From: a virus
Direction: 5' to 3' (one strand)
Virus record (IMG/VR): IMGVR_UViG_3300021088_000001
Location: 13,272 to 77,271 of that record
Length of the DNA stretch: 64,000 nucleotides
Position numbers and translations under genes: made by a program. Shown piece after piece: positions 59,760-64,000 of the stretch. Every line of letters begins with the position of its first letter. Within the stretch, counting starts at the first letter, position 1. Below the pieces are notes generated by a model. That model worked only from the letters and a program-made list of their open reading frames with translations. It was not told the DNA's origin and did no database searches.

Positions 59760-60227
59760 TTGGCAAATACACAAGCTTTATTTACATCAGCAAAAAAAGA
59801 ATTCCTCTGCGGATCTCACGCATTAGGAACCCAAGCAGCAAACAGTGTTCGTACAGTGACTACCACTGACGTTCTGAAAGCTGCCCTCTACCTTACCACT
59901 GGTTCCATTGGAGCTTCCACCACTGCATATTCGTCTTCAAACGAAGTGTCTGGCACAAACTATACAGCCGGAGGCGTGACTGTCACTAACGCCACTGCAC
60001 CAACTACCTCTGGCACTACTGCATTCTGGACTCCAAGTGCATCGATTGTGTTTCCTACTGTCACTCTGACTACTGCATTTGATTGTGTGATGATTTACAA
60101 CTCGTCTTCGACAGGCAGCTTAGGTATCAGTTCGCACACATTCGGCGCACAAACTGTCACTGCTGGTACTTTCACCCTGACAATGCCTACTAACGATGCA
60201 ACACACGCCCTGATTCAGCTTGCATAA
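59760..60227 (+). CDS. Putative virion structural protein
   Basis: LKAALY..TTAYS..NEVSGTNYTAGG motif; Thr-rich beta composition; followed by a terminator. Confidence 0.7.
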   Translation: MANTQALFTSAKKEFLCGSHALGTQAANSVRTVTTTDVLKAALYLTTGSIGASTTAYSSSNEVSGTNYTAGGVTVTNATAPTTSGTTAFWTPSASIVFPTVTLTTAFDCVMIYNSSSTGSLGISSHTFGAQTVTAGTFTLTMPTNDATHALIQLA

Positions 60228-60245
60228 TTAGTGTAACACAAGAAT

Positions 60246-60267
60246 GGGAGCTTTGGCTCCCTTTTTT
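60246..60267 (+). terminator. Internal terminator/attenuator
   Basis: GGGAGC..GCTCCC TTTTTT. Confidence 0.7.
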
Positions 60268-60285
60268 CATTTCTTAGGAAATAAA

Positions 60286-60933
60286 ATGTCTACTACGACA
60301 ACAGCAAATAAAACAGCATCACAAGCGCTCTTAGCATTAACACAACAAGCATCTGGAGTCATCACAATTGGCTCCCCTATCACTGTCAATACTGGATTTG
60401 GTGGACGTATCTTTGTCAAGATGGGCCGCACTGTAGCCACTGCATTGACAAATCAAGTAGGATTTAGATTTGAGGTATCTGCAGAGACATCTGCCAATAA
60501 CGACGAATGGTATCCTCTGTACACTTGGAGTTCTACTCTCGGAACTACCACTGCACAAAGTACTACTCTTAATGGTGCAACCACTGCGGGTAACACCACT
60601 GCTGTATTAACCTCTGGCACATCTTGGGCTGGTGGTCAATATGCCTATTTCCGTGAGACAGGAACTCCTGCGAACAGCGAATGGAGCCGTGTAGCAAGCC
60701 TCTCCACTAACACCATCACGCTCGAAGAAGCTCAAACAAGAAACCATACTAACAGTATTGCTGTCACAAATCAAGCAGAATCTTTCACATATGACTTTGA
60801 TGGTGCTGGTATTGTGCGTGTACGCCTAGTGGTAGACAGCCAGACTAATAACTCTGGAGCTGTTGCAGCTTCTGGACAAACAGTTGATGTCTTAGCTTGG
60901 TTAACAACTTTCGACAGCACAACTACCGCATAA
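60286..60933 (+). CDS. Putative virion structural protein
   Basis: AGGA RBS; Thr/Ser-rich; STTLNGATTAG motif. Confidence 0.6.
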   Translation: MSTTTTANKTASQALLALTQQASGVITIGSPITVNTGFGGRIFVKMGRTVATALTNQVGFRFEVSAETSANNDEWYPLYTWSSTLGTTTAQSTTLNGATTAGNTTAVLTSGTSWAGGQYAYFRETGTPANSEWSRVASLSTNTITLEEAQTRNHTNSIAVTNQAESFTYDFDGAGIVRVRLVVDSQTNNSGAVAASGQTVDVLAWLTTFDSTTTA

Positions 60934-60942
60934 GGGGTTCTC

Positions 60943-63900
60943 ATGCCCTACATTCAACGCAAAAGAATAAGAACCAGTCAGCCTCGTACTATAGCAACAA
61001 TTGATTGGTCAAATCCTTTAACCAAAACACCAACAGGGCAACTTGTAGCAGCATTTATAGCTTTACCTAATGGGCAATTCTATGACTGTGTTGGTGGGCA
61101 GTACTCCACTCTTCCCGGAAATGCTCAACATTCAAGGGACAGAGCGCCTATTGATGGATATGCCACTGTAGCTAAATCGTGGATTACTGGAAGTGCAGGC
61201 GTAGCTCATAAGTTTCCTAACCAAACTGGTATGGATACGATTAATGGAGCCTACTCATTCTTCGTGGAAGGCTCGTTTGAAAATGCCACCTCAAATCCAG
61301 TAATTGCTGTTTCTGCTGATGCCACACCTCATGGATTTGCATTCACATTTGATGATACTAATACTATCACGAATGGTATGCGTAATCAGGTCAATGGAAC
61401 TGGTACAAATAACACTGGAGCCACAAGTAATCCACTAGGAACTGGAGCTTCAACAAAGACACATCGTTGTGGTCTTACTTACGATTTATCAACGATTAGG
61501 TATTATGCAAAGCGTAAGCAATCTGCAGGTACTGTATCTCAGTCACTTACTCCGGGTGCTAGTACCACACGAAGAACTTATCTTCTAGGAAATAGTTCTA
61601 ATTCTAACGTATCTTCTGCATCACTGATTTTAGTGTGGAGCGGTATCTACAACACCACACAGTTTCAGCAGTTATATGACAATCCTTGGCAGATATTCCA
61701 AACTAAACCTACTAAGACATTTATTGGAGCACCACTACCTGCAGGAGCGGCTTTAACAGGTAATGTAGGCACCACTGCAGTTGGTACACCTATATATGAT
61801 TTGCAAGTAGCACTCACTGGAAATTCCAGCACTACAACTACTGGAGCTGTTCAGCCTGTTGGTGGAGGTAATCCCGGCGCAACACTTACTGGAGTATCAG
61901 GAAGTACTGCTGCTGGCACAGTTATTCCTAGCACCACAGTAGCGACTACAGGCAATACTTCTACAAGCACATTAGGTGCTGCGGTAGGTTCTCCGGGAGC
62001 TGTGCTTCTAGGTAATACAGCCACAACAGATGGACAAGTGATTGTATCATTTGGCCCAAGTACAGGATACTTTCCTCCTGCAGATGGCGTAGCTAGTGCA
62101 AGCACTTCGGCTCCAGCAGCAAATATTGTTGGTAGTATTTCTGGCACAACATTAACAGTATCTTCTGTTACTAATGGTACTGTTGCCACTGGACTGTATG
62201 TCTCTAGTAGTGGGTCTTTGTCAGTATTAGATCAGACCCTTATTACTGCTGGGTCTGGAACAAGTTGGACAGTTAATAAATCTCAAACTGTTGCAAGTGG
62301 TCCGCTTGCTATTAGCCAACTTGCATTTGGTGGAACCAATGAACCATTTACCACTTATGCAGTAACAGTTCCTGCTACAACTGTCTCTCTGAGACAGCAA
62401 GGTTTTGATATAACCACTGGAAATCTTGGTGCAGGCGCTAATGGATATGCGCAGCCTAGCTATGTAATTACGCCGTGCAGTGTTACAGCTTCAATTACAT
62501 CTAATGTAATGACAGTGACATCGGTGCATAATGGAGGTACAGTATATGTTGGTGCAAATTTAATTTGTGCAAGCCAATACAATGTACCAATAACTGTTAC
62601 AATTACTTCTCTTGGTACGGGCACTGGCGGAACTGGTACATATAATATAAGCACTTGCCCAGATGTTCCTAGTAGTTTAATCAACGTAGGAAATGGGCAG
62701 GGTCAATACTGGTTAAGTACTGGTAAAGGTAAAGTAGGAGATGCTGGTGTATTTAGTGATGCTACGTCAAGTAGTGGATCTAGCAGCGTAGTGACAATTA
62801 CAAGACCTGATGGTGGCCTGTTCAACATGCTGTCAGCTAGTCTTGGTCCAATTCCTAAAGACAGATCTATTGGTCATTGCTATGTGAAATTTACTGGTTA
62901 CTTAGGAGGAACTGGCGGAAGCGTTGTGCAAACAACGACTGTCGATGCTACTCACTCTACTGTAAATAATAGTGGTGTGATAACACCTGATCCAGCTACA
63001 ACGCTTCAGGATTTTGTGCTAACAGGCTTCACAGCTTGTGACACAGTGGTAATGGAAGCGGCAGGTTATGCAAACAATACGATTGTCAATGGTAGTCAGA
63101 GTAATTCTCCATACTACATGTTTGATTATCTTGTATTACAACCTGTTCCGAGTGTACTAACTCCGTCAGATACAATTGGCGGAACAGGAAATAGTGCAAC
63201 AAGCACAGTTGGTACTGTCACACCCTCCGGTGGTGATGCTGCTAACACAGTAGCTCTGACAGGAAATTCTGCCACATTCACACCGGGCACAGTTGTATAT
63301 AGCTTGTCATTAACAACTACTGGAAATTCAAGTAGCACTACTGTAGGAACTGTTGTGCAATCAGAGTCACTGCCTATTACTGGAAATGTGATAAATTCCA
63401 CACTAGGCTCTGAAGTGTATAGTTTATCTGTTCCCATCACTGGAAATAGCGCAACATTTACACCCGGAACTGTTACACCATCTGGAGGAAATCCTCCTAA
63501 CACTGTCGCCTTAACAGGAAACGTTAGCAACACTACTCTTGGCGCGTTAGTCTACAGTCTTTCCAAGGCTGTAACAGGTAATGCTAGTAATACCACTGCA
63601 GGTACAGTTGTTCAGCAAGATACAGAAGTGCTAATTGGAAATTCAAGTAGTACTACGGCAGGTACTGTGGCGTATTCTGTCACAATACCAATCACTGGTA
63701 ATGCTACAACTTCAGCAGTAGGTAGTATTATCCTTACATTCGCTGCAACAGGTAATACTGGAACAACTGCATTAGGCACAACAAGCTACTCAGTATCTGT
63801 TCCCATTACTGGTAATTTGATCTCATCAACAGCAGGCACTGTAACTTATTCCAGTCAAGTCCCGCTGCTAGGAAATCTTTCTACAAGTTCTATTGGAAAT

Positions 63901-64000
63901 GTGAGTAGTAATAACCCTGTGACATTACCTATCACTGGAAATTCTAGTATGACAAACACTGGAATATTAGTAGCCTCTGGTGGAGATGTGTTTGTTCTCA
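60943..64000 (+). CDS. Large fibre-like protein, at least 1019 aa, 3-prime truncated (not in ORF track)
   Basis: Frame read by hand with no stop; IDWSNPL..NPWQIF LamG-like head; GSISGTTLTV module; many LTGNxxTxxxGTV repeats. Confidence 0.85.
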   Translation, partial: MPYIQRKRIRTSQPRTIATIDWSNPLTKTPTGQLVAAFIALPNGQFYDCVGGQYSTLPGNAQHSRDRAPIDGYATVAKSWITGSAGVAHKFPNQTGMDTINGAYSFFVEGSFENATSNPVIAVSADATPHGFAFTFDDTNTITNGMRNQVNGTGTNNTGATSNPLGTGASTKTHRCGLTYDLSTIRYYAKRKQSAGTVSQSLTPGASTTRRTYLLGNSSNSNVSSASLILVWSGIYNTTQFQQLYDNPWQIFQTKPTKTFIGAPLPAGAALTGNVGTTAVGTPIYDLQVALTGNSSTTTTGAVQPVGGGNPGATLTGVSGSTAAGTVIPSTTVATTGNTSTSTLGAAVGSPGAVLLGNTATTDGQVIVSFGPSTGYFPPADGVASASTSAPAANIVGSISGTTLTVSSVTNGTVATGLYVSSSGSLSVLDQTLITAGSGTSWTVNKSQTVASGPLAISQLAFGGTNEPFTTYAVTVPATTVSLRQQGFDITTGNLGAGANGYAQPSYVITPCSVTASITSNVMTVTSVHNGGTVYVGANLICASQYNVPITVTITSLGTGTGGTGTYNISTCPDVPSSLINVGNGQGQYWLSTGKGKVGDAGVFSDATSSSGSSSVVTITRPDGGLFNMLSASLGPIPKDRSIGHCYVKFTGYLGGTGGSVVQTTTVDATHSTVNNSGVITPDPATTLQDFVLTGFTACDTVVMEAAGYANNTIVNGSQSNSPYYMFDYLVLQPVPSVLTPSDTIGGTGNSATSTVGTVTPSGGDAANTVALTGNSATFTPGTVVYSLSLTTTGNSSSTTVGTVVQSESLPITGNVINSTLGSEVYSLSVPITGNSATFTPGTVTPSGGNPPNTVALTGNVSNTTLGALVYSLSKAVTGNASNTTAGTVVQQDTEVLIGNSSSTTAGTVAYSVTIPITGNATTSAVGSIILTFAATGNTGTTALGTTSYSVSVPITGNLISSTAGTVTYSSQVPLLGNLSTSSIGNVSSNNPVTLPITGNSSMTNTGILVASGGDVFVL

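Noticed and set aside
61851-63533. Minus-strand ORFs in the last 2 kb
   Set aside because: Antisense shadows of the long plus-strand fibre ORF starting at 60943
1-64000. CRISPR array, integrase/att site, rRNA, reverse transcriptase/DGR
   Set aside because: No regularly spaced repeats, recombinase motifs, rRNA-like sequence or RT motifs seen by eye

Overview
The window is about 64 kb of a lytic dsDNA siphovirus-type bacteriophage genome (roughly 40% GC by eye; no integrase or repressor seen). Layout: (i) 1-16.5 kb, + strand: neck and tail genes, a 1745-aa tape measure, two tail-tip/fibre genes, a GH19 endolysin-holin-Rz/Rz1 lysis cassette and an orphan glycine-zipper coiled-coil gene. (ii) 16.5-47 kb, - strand: nucleotide metabolism and replication, comprising class II RNR interrupted by an ORF-less group I intron, a phosphoesterase, exonuclease, SSB-like protein, a family-A DNA polymerase split into two genes, HD/MazG/DUF5664 hydrolases, T7-like primase-helicase, ThyX, an alarmone hydrolase, RNA ligase, 3 tRNAs and several homing endonucleases. 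(iii) 47-55.7 kb, + strand: a promoter-dense block of tiny early genes bounded by two non-coding regions, possibly a long terminal repeat. (iv) 57-59.3 kb, - strand: small genes. (v) 59.4-64 kb, + strand: a second structural/fibre cluster ending in a >1000-aa repetitive ORF that runs off the window. Best candidates for undescribed biology: an operon of alarmone hydrolase, two paralogous small proteins ending W-x-x-S-x-x-x-C and a nucleotidyltransferase-like enzyme; a peptide plus multipass membrane protein coupled to the lysis genes; and four structured non-coding elements, one a C4/CI-like RNA with a large insert inside the tRNA cluster. Family assignments come from motif recognition only; no searches or folding programs were run.
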